A stretch of DNA of 64,000 nucleotides, taken from contig CM060731.1 in NCBI GenBank assembly GCA_030704615.1, positions 26,908,001-26,972,000 of the forward strand. Reading direction: 5' to 3'. Of the stretch, positions 1-14,434 are shown in pieces (position 1 is the first letter of the stretch; each line of letters begins with the position of its first letter). The position numbers were made by a program, and so were the translations under genes. Source of the DNA: Takakia lepidozioides (Eukaryota; Plantae; Bryophyta). A model generated the notes under the pieces. The model did not search any database and had not been told where the DNA came from. It saw only the letters and a list, made by a program, of their open reading frames with translations.

Positions 1-779
1 CTCTCTCCGCGAAATCTCAGAGACAATATGGCTATGGCCTAAGTAGGTGTGCCTGTTTGCGCAACTCGTATGTTTGGTACTATTTCTCGCTACCACCCCT
101 CCACGATCATCCCACTGCCACCAACGGGGGTTCCAAAAATGAAAGGCGCAGTGGGAGCCTCGTCCAAATTGCTCCGCGAGGGCCCCTGCCCATTGCCTGC
201 GCGCCACATCGCACGCGCACACCGTATTACCAGGTCACCTGCAGTACACGCCAGCCTTTTGTTGAGATTCTTCTTTATGCCGCGCACACCCCTCAGGTAT
301 TTTTGGGGTTAGGTACACGAGGCGCGCCTCCTTCCATCCCCGCCGTCAACGCGCTCGGCGCGACGATGGCCATTGCCTACCTGCACCCCCAGCTTTGGAT
401 TCCTACGCGCCCATACCATCTGCGCCCCCGTCAGCGCCATCATTGCCCCCCCCCAATCATCCCTGTCCATTGCCCACTGCACATCGTGCACCCCCCCCCA
501 CACAAATTAATCTACACACATGTCGGGTCCCGTTTTTCTGACCTTCCCAAACTCCCCAAATGAATTGGGGGGTACAGAGTCGGGTTGCCTGACCTTCCCA
601 AGCTGCCAAATGAATTGGGGTACATAGTTTGCAGCATTTTGATGTTCCGCATGCGACCATCGAATTCGCTCTGTTCTGTTGTGTTATGTTACGGTATATG
701 AAGTAGTGCAGGATAGTTAAATGAACTAGTGCGGCCTGTGTCGCTGACACATACTGTAGGAAATGAATTGTCAAGATTC

Positions 780-965
780 CAGAAGAAACCCCAATTTGCT
801 ATTTGTCATGAGTTTATGGGGATCAAAAATACTTGAAATTCAATATCTCTCACACCGCAGGTCCAAAACTTATGAAACCACCTCGATGCACCCAGGGCTT
901 TTCAGCGATATTAACGGAGCCCTTGCGGTTTGGGAGATCTCAACGACGGAACAAAACAAACCAAG
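780..965 (+). repeat. Dispersed non-coding repeat, related to copies at ~59705-60085 and ~60330-60700
   Basis: Shares AAAATACTTGAAATTC..ATCTC.CACAC.GC.GGTCCAAAA..TATGA.ACCA..TCG.TGCACCC and GGTTTGGGAGATC...ACAAAACAAA blocks with the right-flank copies. Confidence 0.7.
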
Positions 966-3594
966 TACATTGCTTAAGTAATAGGTAGAGCTTAGCCTCG
1001 AAAGCCGGGTCAGCGGCAACTTGATTGCATGAGGCTTGCTGGACCCTCACATATTTGGGTCAACATCCCACTCACAACAGAGTCAACAACTGCCCAAAAG
1101 AAAATAGCAAAAACTAACTTTGTTTTTGTTTTTCAGTATATTTAATGTGGAGCAAATTAACTATACCCCTTTTACTCTCTTTTTTTGAAAAAAAAGAAAC
1201 GCGGCGAGCTACTACTCCCAAATCAGGCCTTAACTTCCCTTAACTTCCTACAGATAGAGTTTTTTTGCCCTTAAAAGTTTTTACCACTATCTAATAAAAC
1301 CAGGCTACGCACCTACCAGATTACCTCCAGTCAGCTTGAACCTTACAAAACCATTGCTACTTAGGAATTTGAAAACCTGCAATGTCAAGTTTGACCATGA
1401 AATCGCAGTGTGGGGTTAAGATTTTGTTGGGCCCTCCACACCCATTGCCAGATCCTATTCTAAGCTATGCAAGCATGTGAGAAATTTCTTGCCAAATGGC
1501 CATGTTTTGCTGCCTTGTATGTGTTCTTTGGGGGATTTGAACTCCTGTGGGACCTTGCCACACGGCCCCGAGATATTAAAAGCAAGGGGTTACCTATGGA
1601 AACGTTAGGGATTCACTATGTGGTTCGTTCGCAGTTCCTGGAAATCTCTACTGGTGCAAGTAATAAGGTAGACGAACCCTAAATAGACAGTTTAGCTAGT
1701 TCGCATGGATAGAAAGATAAAAAAAAGAATGAGAACATTTTTCATGGACTAGCAAATCAAAAAGAAATACGATGTAATTTGTTTAATGAATTACAGTAAA
1801 GATATGAAATTGATATGATTTTGCAAAGTCTAGTACTACTAGACACTTATTTGTGACACATAGGACCCCCCAAAAGTGCACAACAATTATCCTATTATGG
1901 TTATTGTGTCATCCAATTACAAATTTATGTGGTCCTAAAGTGGACATCAAGTTAGTCTATTATGAATTAAAATCGACCAAAGGACATAAGCGGACATGAA
2001 TGCGGCAGCAAACCAGAATACCACACCGCACGTCACAAATGTCTCGACTCATGACCCAATGTTACTTAGAACTGATTGCATACATGCCTCCTGATTGCCC
2101 TAGTACCAACGTCATAATATGTTAGAAAGACATTGATATGCGTTCCCTAAATATTTCCGCGTGGTCTCATGAAGATTTGGAGCCCAGGCTATGCATTCCA
2201 TAATGTGACAGCGAGCTTTGCCATACATTGTTTTTTTACCATACATGTCATCTCCCCACGGTAAATTTGAACTTTGAAATCACTATAACGAATATGTTTA
2301 ATCACTAAAGGTGATATGAATAATTAGTTAATCTGACATTAGGTATTAATCAGTTTCTCTTTAACGGACCTCCTGGCCTACTGACCTATAAATCCCAATT
2401 ATTGATGTTTATGTAACCCTATGTCACATATAAGACTCACTTTGGTCCCCAGTTACTTGGTGTCACTTTAAGGTCAAAGCATGCCACTTTTTGATACAAA
2501 AATAGGTCTCCATTTAAGGTCACTTCCCATTTTAGGTTCATCTACCTTAATTTGCAGGCATATAGGCTCCAAAACAGTTGGACCTACTAGGGTCTTAAAT
2601 TTTAAATCTTTTGCCATTTGATTCTAGATTTTTTCTACATGATATTCATGAGGTTCATATGAACTCGTGCTCTCACTCGGATCTGTAAAATCTAGGATAT
2701 ACATACTTTCTTTTGATGGAAGGGTCACATCGGGCAGACAAACCTTCTTGGCCACGGGCGGCTACACTTGCATGTGCCATGCGTGTGGTCAACGTTACGT
2801 GGCCCCTATGCTACAATTCGATTTTGTGACCCTAGTGATTTTTAGAAAAAATTAGAGGTTTGAGTTTTGCTCCAAAATGTATGCTGTCAATTTAATAGGG
2901 CCCACGCCCAAAAGGGGGCAATAGCCGTAAGGCGAAGTGGCTCTTAGTTACGCCGGTCCATCTGACCGGAGTCTTCTCTCCTGATTTCAATTTAGGGTGT
3001 GGGCCATGTTGTCAACAACTTTATTGCTTTATGAACCATTTCCTTTCGATAAAATTTTGAAAAGATAGCCTCATCTTTCTTATAGGTCTCGAAACCTGAT
3101 TCAGATTGCTTATGAAGTTAAGAGTTAATTATAGTGAGAGGAGAAAATAACATCTTGAACACTGCCCAAGGAAAGGGGGACAGGATCCAAACCTAGCAAA
3201 ATACTAGAATCACCTAAGTGTTGCTCCAAAGTTTCTTATAATAGAAAAATAAAAGTAAAAATAGCAATATTAGGCTGTTAAATCTACGCACTCACACGCC
3301 TACGGTTTAGTGGTGGGTAGTAAGCTGGAAAGTTTAGTGGTTAGCTATCCCAAGGGCGTACCCCTGCGGAGGTGCGGACGCATTTACAAAGTTGGGGCTA
3401 CAAGCAAGCGACCAAACTTACATACATAAGGTGGTTGTAGAGCTGGGATTCGAAGACATTGTGGAAAATTTGCAATGAATTTGGAAAATGTTTGGCTTTG
3501 GACAGATGCATGCATGAAGCTGGGATAATATGAGAACTCGTCTATCATCGATTGGAGTATCAAGTGCAGCATTAAGGAACAAACACATTCACTG

Positions 3595-4320
3595 TGTCGC
3601 GCACCTCACTTCGGTAAGCTCCCCTTCAAGTCATAGTTACTCGCTTTAATGCGCGCGCCTGACTCCCAACCTGGCCGCCGGGCCAACTTGGAGCTTCGGC
3701 TGCTCACCGGGACATAACGGTCCCCCCTTCGCTTCCCACTAAACCCTCCACCTATTTGGGCCTAGAGGAATTCCCTTTGGTAGATGGCAGTCCGGAACAG
3801 CTCCCCACTCTTTGGTCGCTTTCCGGCTCGCTCGCTTACTCACTAGTTTTTGGTCACCAACGGGCTTGCACCGTTCTCGGGGTTACTACTCCCTATATAT
3901 ACTTCTGTAGCTGTCCGCGGGGGTTTCACAACCAGCCATGCCATTTTATGGCGAACCACCACGAAAACCCTCGACTCCCGGTGATGAGTCGCGGTGAGTC
4001 TTGGCCCGCTCACCACGGCCCCTATGGACCGTGATGAGTCCCAAGACTCCCCACGACTCCCACCACGAGGTCTCCGCCCCCATGGTGAGTCCTATGCCAC
4101 CCCCACTAAGTCCCGCTAAGCTACCACCACCCCTTGTGGAGCCACCCCCACCGCAACCCGGTGTGCGGGGCTCCACCTAGTGAGCGCCTCCGCTTCCCTG
4201 AGTGCCTTGGGCACTCAAGGGTGCTTCAGCCCCCCATACCTATCACTGCCGCTGCCCCCACCACAGGGGCAGCCCCTCATGTGTCCCGACCCCCTGCCCT
4301 CAAGGCAAAGGGCCGCGACA
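3595..4320 (-). mobile_element. 3' LTR of chromovirus element A (726 bp, TGTCGCGG...CGCGACA)
   Basis: Reverse complement of 20450-21175 with about 5 differences by eye; outer flank CACTG (3590-3594) is the reverse complement of CAGTG (20445-20449), i.e. a 5-bp TSD. Confidence 0.95.
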
Positions 4321-5224
4321 CACACCCCTACCAACAGGGAGTCGATGTCCTCATCGACTTATCCATTTTGTAGAAACGAACATCCAAGTTGTGGCGTCCC
4401 ACATCAAGGAGTTTGTTTCCGTACCATGGCATCCCATGGCAAGAACCAAACCCCACACTTGACTCTATTCTCCACTAGCTAGTTCGGCCGACTTCCTCCA
4501 AGTCCCGGCCAAGGGTGGAGCCTCTCCAGCTCCTCCCAGTGCACTCTTCTTGGCCTACTTCAAGGCCAAGGAACGATCCTCCCCGAGGATCGAATCGCCT
4601 TACTGCAACAACATTGCTTGTGATCGCTCATGATGCCGCTTTTGGCATCACCTTGAGCAAGGGTTCACCTGGAACCCTCTTTGACTAGGAAGATAACCTT
4701 GAACCAACCGTGCGCCCCAATCACTGCAATTGGGTCCGCCTTGGAATGTTGGCCTGAGGTACGGGAACACGCCGAAGCCGCACTACGACTTCGTCCCGAG
4801 GCTACACGATTATAGTACGTGAACGGAAGCACGTAGCTTCCGCATTAGCCCGCACTACAAGGCAACCCCCTCGGTAGCGCAGTTATAGTACACGCACGCG
4901 CCAGGTGCGCACTAGCACGTGAACTCCCAAAGAAGGCGCAAGTTTCCTTGCCCCTTGGATGGGGGTCACCCGATTTCGGCACTACGCAAACACACGATTA
5001 ACCCAATCTACCTCTCCCACTTTTATAAACTAGCATGCATTCTACACACTAGCCAACCATACCATGCATCACCATTCCAAACAAAATATAACGCATAACA
5101 TTTGGAATCCATTTCATTTATAGCACATTTTGTACAATACAAGTTTTTGCAATCGGATTCCTAAGCTAGCTAAACCGGGCTAAGCATGCATTTCCTCCCT
5201 CACGCTCCAAGGTTGATGTCCCCA

Positions 5225-8200
5225 TCAACGTTTCTTCCGCTTTTGAGGTCGCCCTTCGAAAGCTGCAACCGCCTCGGACGCGTTTCCCATTTCTGAGGCA
5301 AGCACCCAAGATGCCTCCACATGATGATAGCCCTTCCATTTGACGAGATACTCCGTTTCTCGGTTCTTGAACCTCCTCGACTTAAGTATTGCCTCCACCT
5401 CGTACTCAGGTTCATTTTCATGATCCAACAACATAGGTGGCGGACGCAACACTTGATGCCGATTCGGACGTGCTTCATCTTTGAAGTAAGGCTTCAAAAG
5501 GGAGACATGGAATACTGGGTGCACCTTGCTGTTTGCCGGCAACTCCAATTCATACACATCCTCATTCATAACCTTCCGAATGCGAAAGGGACCCGCATAC
5601 GGAGGTACGAACTTCGGACTCACTTCCGGAGGTAGTCGGAAATTCTTGATGTTCAACCAGACCTCTGTGCCTGCCTCAAACTTCACTTCCCTCCGCTTCC
5701 GATTCACCTGCCTTTCATACCGTTTCCTAGCTTTGGCGATGTTGTACTTTGCGAGCTTCAACAAACGCTCGCGTTCTTCCAGTACCGCCGCTACTGCCGG
5801 TTCCTTAACGTCCTGGGCAGCCCAACTTGTCGGCACCAGAGGTGCTTTTCCATAGACCAATACGAAAGGGGAAACTCCCGTTGTGGAGTGTTCTGTGTTA
5901 TTATAACAGAACTCTGCCACGTCTAAGTGTTCCACCCAGTCTGTTTGGTCTGCCAACACATAATTCCGCAAGATCTGCTTCACTACGGAATTCACTCTTT
6001 CTGTTTGGCCGTCGGTCGTAGGTCGGAAGGCGGTGCTCATCTTCAGCCTCGTCCCCATCTTCTTCCAAAGTGCCCTCCAAAATTTACTCGTAAACTTTGG
6101 ATCGCGGTCCGAGACAATATCCTTCGGGACTCCATGATGCTTTAAGACGTGGGCGAAGTAAAGTCGCCCTGTCTCTTGCGCCGTTGCCGTCTCCTTGGTG
6201 GGGATGAAATGGCCCATTTTACTGAACCTATCCACCACCACCATGATTGCATCGAATCCTTTTGACAGCGGCATAGCAGTCATGAAATCCATCGAGACGC
6301 TTTCCCAAGTCCCCTCTGGAATCGGCAAGGGTTGTAACAGCCCCGCTTGCTTTTTGTACTCGCTCCGGTTTTGTTGGCATGTGGTGCATGTCTTGACATA
6401 CTCCTCTGCCTCCTCCCTCAGTTTGGGCCAGAAATACTCTTTCTTCAAGAGTGCCGCAGTGCGCTTGGCTCCGCCGTGGCCCGCAAGCGGGCTATCATGG
6501 CATTCTCTCAAGAGGCTATCTCTGATCCCTCCCTTCGGCACGTAGAGACGCTTTTGCTTATACCGGAGCAACCCATTTTGCAAGTGGAACTGCGATTTAA
6601 CCCCCATTCTCAAGTCCTGCATCACGGACTTTGCCAGCTCATCCTTCCGGCAAGCCTTCCGGATCTTCCTTTGGAGCGCCGTCTCGCCCTTGTACACCAA
6701 CAAGAGCTGCTGCTTTCTACTTAAAGCATCGGCCACCACGTTGTCTCGTCCCGGTTTGTACTGGATATCCACGTCGAACACCGCCAAAGTATCTTGCCAC
6801 CTAAGTTGTTTTGGGGACAACTTGGGCTGCGTGGCAAAATACTTCACCGTGACATTGTCCGTGAACACCTTCACTGGGTTGGAACCAACATAGTGGCGCC
6901 AAAGCTCAAGACAGTGCACCACCGCCTTCATCTCTTTCTCGTGCGTCGGCCACCGTCGCTCCACTTCATTCAGTTTCTTACTTTCGTAAGCCACTGGACG
7001 TCCATCTTGCATCAGTACACCCCCAATCGCGAAGTCCGACGCATCTGTATGTATCTCGAACGGACGATCGAACTCCGGGATTTTCAAGACTGGAGCTTCC
7101 GCCATCCGCTGCTTCAATTCAGCAAAAGCTTGGCCACAAAAGGTGTTCCATGCCCAGACTTTAGATTTACACAGAAGGTCCGACAGCGGCCCCGCGATCT
7201 TGGCGAAATTTCTCACATACTTCCGGTAATAGGAGGCGAGTCCTAGGAAGGAACGCACTCCCGGGACCGAAGTCGGAGGCTCCCAGTCCAAGATCGCCCT
7301 CACCTTTCTGTCATCCATTTTGATCCCATCCTGTGTAATCACATGCCCCAAGAACTCCACTTTCGTGACCCCGAATTCGCACTTTGAAGCTTTGGCATAC
7401 AGCTTCCCTTCTCGCAATTTTTGGAACACCCTTTTGAGGTGCTCCTCCTTTGTTTTCGAGTACACCAAGATGTCGTCGATGTACACGATCACAAAGTCAT
7501 CCAACCACTCCTGAAAAAGGTTGTTCATCAGCGTGCTAAATGTCGCTAGTGCATTGGTGAGCCCAAAAGGCATCACCAAGAACTCATATGAACCATACCT
7601 TGTCTTGCACGCGGTCTTCTCCTCATCTCCTTCCGCCACCTGAATTTGATGATAGCTGGAGCGCAAGTCGATCCGGCTGAAATACTTCGCTCCTGCCAAC
7701 CGATCGAAGAGGTCGTTGATCCTTGGCAAAGGGTACCGGTTTTTGATAGTCACCTTATTCAGAGCCCTGTAATCGACACACATCCGCAGCGTCCCATCCT
7801 TCTTGTCTGCGAATAGCACCGGGGCTCCGTAAGGTGACTTACTCGGCCGGATGTACCCCTTTGACATTAGATCCTTGAGCTGAGTCTTCAGCTCGACCAA
7901 CTCCCTGTGGCTCAACCGGTAGGGTGCCTTGGCAGGCGGTTCCGTTCCCGGTATCACCTCAATCTTGTGGTCAACTCCTCTTCGCGGTGGCAAGCCGCTT
8001 GGTAAATCCTTCGGCATCACATCCTGGTATTTCTCCAAAATCCCCTTGATCCAATCTGAGCTCGGCTCCCCATCGCCTTCTCCCTTCACTTCTCTAAAGT
8101 AAAGCAAAAACTGGGGTTCGTGTGCCTCCTCCACGGCCCACTCCCTTGCTGACAGAAGGTTTATTCGCCCTCCCATGGATTTGGGCGTTTCCGACACTCG

Positions 8201-8547
8201 TAAGACCTTGCCACCATTCCCACATGGCAGCGTGACTACTCTCTTGCGGCCATCTATGACCGCTCCGGATTTGCTCAAAAATGTCATCCCCAAAATGAGA
8301 TCTACTCCATCAATCTTGCAGATGGTGAAGTTCTCACATCCCTCCCAACTCCCCAGTTGAAGAGGAACATCAAACGCCAACCTTGTCACCAACTGTGGTT
8401 CTCCTTTGGCAGAACGCACCTCAATAGAGGCCCCCACGTCACTTGTCGGGAGTCCCAGCTTTTGTGCCGTTGCCGGTGTCATGAAGGAGTGCGACACTCC
8501 TGTGTCCACCAACAACGACACATTAGTTCCGGATATTATCCCATCCT
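5225..8547 (-). CDS. Ty3/gypsy chromovirus pol of element A: protease, RT, RNase H, integrase, chromodomain
   Basis: LVDTG protease; YIDD RT; TDASD RNase H; HHCC zinc finger (H..PLAGH...CTTC); SMDF/SDRD/ERVN integrase; GPF motif; C-terminal [18 protein letters not shown] chromodomain; ~1100 open codons. Confidence 0.95.
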
Positions 8548-11500
8548 ACAGAAAGTACACTTCTCTGGATTCAGACCCAGACCTCTCATCCTGTATCTGG
8601 CCAGACATAACTCCAATTTATGCAAGTGCTCATTCTTAGAGCTGTACACACTGAAATCATCCAAGAACACCTGCATGAAATCATCCAGATACTCATGAAA
8701 AGATTCACTTATCACTCTCTGAAAGGTTGCTGGTGCATTACAAAGTCCAAAGGGCATGACTTTGTATGCATAAGCACCCCAGTCTGTGATGAAAGCTGTC
8801 TTTCCTTGATCTTCTTCTGCCACTTGCACTTGATTATAACCACTGAAGCCATCCATGAATGAGTACATCTCATGGCCTGCCACAGTGTCCAATACTGCTT
8901 CTGTGAATGGTAAAGGGAAAGGATCTTTCTTCGTACAAGCATTCAGCTTCTTGTAGTTCACACAAACTCTTAATTTACCATTCTTCTTGGGAACTATTAC
9001 AATGGGTGACAACCAAGTTGTATACTCTATTGGGTATATGAACTTAGCCTCAGCCAACTTCTTGATCTCTTCTCCAACCTTCTGTGCGTAGTTGGGATTC
9101 ATTCTGTACCTTGCTTGCTTGATTGGTACTGACCCTGGTTCCAGTTCAATCTTATGCTGACAGATTTCAGGTGGTATCCCTTTTAGATCCTCATAGCTCC
9201 AAGCAAATGCATCTCTGTATTTGATGAACAAACTCTTAGCTTCTTCAAAGAATTCTGGTTCCAAATCAGCTCCTACCTTCACCATCCTCGGTTCCTCTTT
9301 AGTTCCCACATTCACTTCCCTCACTTGCTCATCAGCTGTGATTGTCCAACCAGTCACCACTTCATCCTGTAAACTCACAGTGGCCGGTTCCTCTAGGATT
9401 TCCATTTCTCCTTCTCTTTCTTCATAGAAATGTGATGGGTAACTACTGGTCTCCTCTTCATTTGGTGTTGCTGACACTACACCACAGCAGATACCTCTTA
9501 AACAACTTAGGCTTTCCAGCCGCATCTCTGCAACCTGCTCCCACTCTGGGTGTGCAGCAAACAGGATAGCTTCCTGCTCCTCATCCAGTCCTCCTCTCCA
9601 GTCATACTCTCTGACCCCTCGAGGTCTTCTCGTAGCAGGTAATCTACTAGATTTCTTTGTGGTAATTTGTATCTCGTGTATCCCATTATGCACAGTTAGT
9701 AACTGAGAATTCCAGTCATGGAATACCCTGGCCTGTTTCAGCCACGGACGTCCCAATAATAAGGAGTAAGCCTCCATGACTTCATCCATCTTCAACACAG
9801 TTATTGTGATCATAAAGATCATCTTCTGTATCTGTATCTTAACTCCTCTTATTAATCCCAATGGCTGTACACTTCTTTGATCTGCCATTGTTACTGTAAA
9901 TGGGGCTGGTTTCATGTTACTTAGACCAAGCTTATTTCTTAATTGGTCTGTCATGATATTTACTCCAGAACCTCCATCTATCAGTACATCAGTTAGTTCT
10001 GTGCTTCCAATTCTCAATTGGATTACTGGCATAGAATCATCAAAGTCCATGACTGTTTTTCGCCCTTCCGGCCTCACATTATAACTGGTCACCTTGCTGT
10101 TCAGGTCTGTGTTTCCTGTCTCCTGGGCAATTCGATTGATTGCTTGATACAGCCTGTGCCTACAATAAGGTGCCACAGCTAATAGCTGTCCAATGGTAAT
10201 TTCCACTTTGGACTGGCATATCACTTCAGCCAATGTCCCTTCCTTACCCTGCACTTCTGCAGCTTCCCTCTTTCCTTCTTCCTCACTGACTTCTTCTTCT
10301 CCTTCAGAGTCTGAGGAGTCTACCATGGGAATATCAGTACTCTTCTGCATTTCCCGTATGGTATCCGCCACTTCCTTGTGCAGTTCTTTCTCATCTCTCC
10401 AAGCCTCATCATCTTCAGGCACATCACTACCATCTTCATTATCATCAACTTCATCTTCCACTGGAGGTACTAATTTGGCTCTGCTTCTTGTTACTATCAT
10501 TGTACTCACTTCCGGTACAATACATGGCCTAACCATGTGGGCTGCCACTACTGGGCCCTCATTCACAGGAGCTCTCATCTCATTTTGGTGTCTAATCCAG
10601 AATGAACATGCTGCCTTGCGATGTCCTGGCTGATTACAATAGTAACACAGTTCTTCACCATTGGGTCCTCGCCCTTGGTCTGCTCTTGGATTATTTCTGT
10701 AATCCTGATTCTCGGGCTGGTAATTCCCCCTTGGATTACCCTGATAGTTGCCTCTGGAATTTCCTTGGTAATTCCCTCTTGAATTACCTCTCCCTTCCAT
10801 GCCATTGTTATAACCACCAGACCTACCATAGTGGTCCTGATCATTGTTTCTTCTTGGCTGGGGCTGCACCTGATGCACCCTTACTTGCCTAGGTTCTCTT
10901 GCTACTGTCCTTCTGTTGTAGTAACAATTCTCAGTAGAATGGTTATCCATTTTACAGATAGTACAGTGTTTCTCCTTCATGTGGCATTCTGTGGTGGTAT
11001 GGCCTTCATTCTGGCACTTTGAACACCATACACCCTTCCTCCAATGTGTTGCAGCTTCTGTGGCATACTTCTTCAATATTTCTTCCAATCTTTTTTCATA
11101 GTTATCCCTCTTCAACTTCTCCTTTCTCTTACTCTTCCTTTTTAGTTCTTGCTCTTCTTCTTCATCTGACTCATCCTCAGAGTCCTCATCATCCCTTTTC
11201 TCTCTCCTGAGCATTCTCATTTGCTCAATTCTGTTTGCAGTTTCAAATGCCTCCTCCACTGTATTGTGGGGTAACATATCCACTTTCTTTTGCAACTCTG
11301 GTCTTAGTCCACTCACAAACCAAGTCTTCTGTAAACCTGATGCTGGTACTGCAGCCAGCTTTTTCATCATCAATTCCATTTTCTCCATATACTCTTCAAC
11401 AGTTTCATGCTTCTTCTGCTTCAGCTGTTGTAAACTCCCATACACTTCATCCTCAGTTTTACTGGTCCTGAACCTATTTCGGAACGCTGTACTCTGGCCA

Positions 11501-12264
11501 TTCCAGGTTAGGAAATGATTATCAGGGAATCTTGCATACCATTCACTGGCTTTCTTTATAAGTGAACAAAGAAACAATCTCATCTTGGCATCATCGCCAT
11601 TCTCATTCTTCACTATACACATGTGCTCAAATTGGCTAATGTGTACATCGGGATCCCCTTTTCCTGAATATATTGGAAAATGTGGTTTTGCCCATGTTGG
11701 TTGTAACGCCATCTGTGGCCCTACCTTCTGCCCACTGACAGGTGCTGGCACCCTTGCTGGTGCTGGTCCTTCTGGACCTGTTGTTTTTGTGGTAGATCTT
11801 CCACCAAGTGGTGGCCCTTGAGCACTCCCTGCTACTGGCCCCACGATATTCACAGTATTCCCAGCTTCAGTTGCACTACTTCCCACACTCCCTGTCCCCC
11901 CAGAGCCAGATCCAGGCAGCCCGCCTGATCCCCCTGAGCCAACACCTTTGTTGGCCTGTGATCCAAGTGCTCCACCTGATCTAGGTCCAACGGGTTGGGA
12001 TGTCCTGGTTGTAGTCTTAACCTCAGTTGTTGGGTCTACTTCTTCATACTCTTCCTCTTCCAATTTCTTCTTTCTGTTTTCATCCTCCAAGTTCTGCCCT
12101 TGGGTTTCTTCTTCACTCATGTAACTCAACTGCAATGGTGTTGGAGAGTCTGAACTCTCCGTTGGCTCTGCCACATCCTCCCCTCCTTCTTCACCTTCCG
12201 CTTCAGAAACTGGAGTTCCTGCTTTTGGTGTTCCATGCCAACTCTTATCAAAGATTTCTGTCAA
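8548..12264 (-). CDS. Family B (Athila/Tat-like Ty3/gypsy) gag-protease-RT, truncated at the inversion breakpoint
   Basis: Retrotransposon gag core (YSGKGDPDVHI..F..ASEWY); three CCHC knuckles (CSKCQNEGH..C, CTICKMDNH..C, CYYCNQPGH..C); LIDGGS protease; DGFSGYNQ, MPFGL and FLDD RT motifs. Confidence 0.93.
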
Positions 12265-13023
12265 ATCTTTTATCCAGGGATGTACCTCAGATCTTTCACC
12301 TCGTGATTAATCTTCTTCCCGTACCAATTCCCTTAATTTTTCTTGCAAAGAAACAGAAGGAGTGGCATCCAACTCTAGTTCTTCCGGTATGGGTGATGTA
12401 CTCTTTGATCTTAATGGTGTGAAGGTCCAGATGATTCCCCTATGTCTATTCCTCTCTCCCAAAGATACGGATAATTAGCTTTCAGATAGCTTTCTGTTTT
12501 CGCTGAATATCTCTGGCGTCTAGCTTCTCTTTCATCACTCATGTCCCATGTCTTTCATTTCTTTTAATTTGGCAACAACCAAAATTCTCTCCTGTAGTAT
12601 CTCTCGTATATGCCTGGGTTTCTTTCCAGCTTCAATGTATCTCTGGCTATACTGGAAGTCTCCGTTACCATATAACCATATGGTAAACAAGTCTGAAAAG
12701 CTGTTCTTGGTGTAAGTTTGATCCACAAGATATCCTTTGGAATCCAATTCTTTACCAATACAAGCTCCTCATGCATATGAGTGTAAACATTCACTTTTCT
12801 TTCCTCCCAGCTTTCAAACTCTACCCGCTTAATGGATAGCAATGCTATCACATAAACCAATGTTGGTAACCAACGTGCTCTTCCTCTACAGGCCACCTGA
12901 TAAATCTTTATCACTCCTTTCTCCAGACCCCATTCCGGATCAGCATCATGCACTCGCTTAAGAATATTTTCTTTACAACCGTCTGGCAATTCTAAGAACC
13001 TTTGAAAGAATTGTTTGGACAAT
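12265..13023 (-). pseudogene. Disrupted coding sequence 5' of family B gag (N-terminal extension or upstream ORF)
   Basis: Overlapping ORF fragments 12535-12747 and 12564-13061 on the gag strand; the gag frame stays open upstream of the annotated TTG start up to a single stop. Confidence 0.5.
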
Positions 13024-14431
13024 CTGCAAGTGTAGAACATTGCCACAACAACTATAGACAATGTCTATAGTAGGATAGCAGAGTTACAGGAGGATGTAGA
13101 CGGCCTGCAGACTCAAGTGGAGGACCTCACTTCAAATATCGACAAAAGAGTCTGTATACCTGAGGAACGGCTAATGGCTTCTTATTTACAAGCGAGAACT
13201 TTGGCTTTTCAGTCTTCTTCACAGGGGGTGCAGGAGATGCCAATGGTACAAGAGCCAATGCCACCAACACCACAACAAGTCACTGTGCCAGTAGCTGACC
13301 CTGTTGTTACTACAGCCACACCACAGCCACCACAGCCTGAGGTATGGGGGAATGCTGCTTTTAACCCACCTAAAACTCCAGCTGCAAGGGAGTACAGTCG
13401 GGCTATGATTATGCCCTTCAACCAAATTCCCATTGTGTTGGATTTAGCTTGGAAAGAATTTAGTCCTCCGCAGTCATTGGCACATTACTATCAAATCATG
13501 CGCATTTGGCTGCTAGTGGCCACTAGGACTAAAGTTCTTCCGAACAATCGACCAATTGAGGATCATCACTTTGCGCAGTACTGGCATGAGGCAAGTACCA
13601 TGTTGAAGGAATTAATTGCCTTCCAAATTGTACATGGATTCATTTATACCAAGACCAAAGAGGTAGCAAGTATTGTCATGGGCTGCGGGTTATACTACGC
13701 TGCTTGTTTTCTGGTACGTTATCACATTGAGCAACAGAAGATGCAAACGCGCTTTCTGAATTATTCCAGTGCTGATCATTGGGTCTTACCTTCAGTGCCA
13801 CCTCATATGTACCTATATGAGGCAAAAGTTATGATGCAAGAGGATTCTCAGATTCGTTCATGGTTTCATGCGGCCTGGAACAATTTGTCAACACAGAAAT
13901 TCGGGCCTGACGATATTTTCTTTAAGGGACATGAGGCATGGAAATATTTGCACAATTCACAAGTCATTGGTACACCACTCACCTGGACAGACAAGGAGCT
14001 CAGGGTCTTCACCAATTTTGCAATTCAGCGCTTACAACAAGTTTTACAATTTAAACTTCCAGACATGGTGGGACAACATTGTATGCCCCGGAGAATTCCA
14101 GTTAAAGTTTGACAGTTAAAACACCTCAGGGGGGACGAGGATTCTGATACAATTGTTTCTTCAGTGGACTCTTTTGACATGGCAGAGGACTATGCAAGGC
14201 AGATGGCAGAAAAGAAGCGACGGGGGTCTCCTATGCCTGAAAGATTACCTCGATATCAGCCTCCAGAGGGACTGACATATCCAGGTAGTGTTCAATCATC
14301 TCCCTCAACCAGTGACAGAACACGGGCTCACACACGGAGTCCTTCACGAGACTCTCAACGTCACAAGGGTGCTTGCTCACAAATCCCAAACAGTAAACCG
14401 TGAGGACACGACTTTTTGAGAGGGGAAGGGG
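13024..14431 (+). mobile_element. Family B 3' extra-ORF fragment plus PPT (copy B2)
   Basis: ORF 13117-14112 is near-identical to 35720-36720 and to 52387-53304(-); ends in PPT GAGAGGGGAAGGGG directly before the LTR. Confidence 0.9.
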
Positions 14432-14434
14432 TAA

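Noticed and set aside
49-774. GC-rich ORFs at the window start
   Set aside because: Overlapping ORFs in several frames with no domain signal; likely a repeat remnant
3756-4482. ORFs inside A LTRs, and HSRHS-type ORFs in B LTRs
   Set aside because: GC-rich LTR or tandem-repeat sequence; duplicated only because the LTRs are
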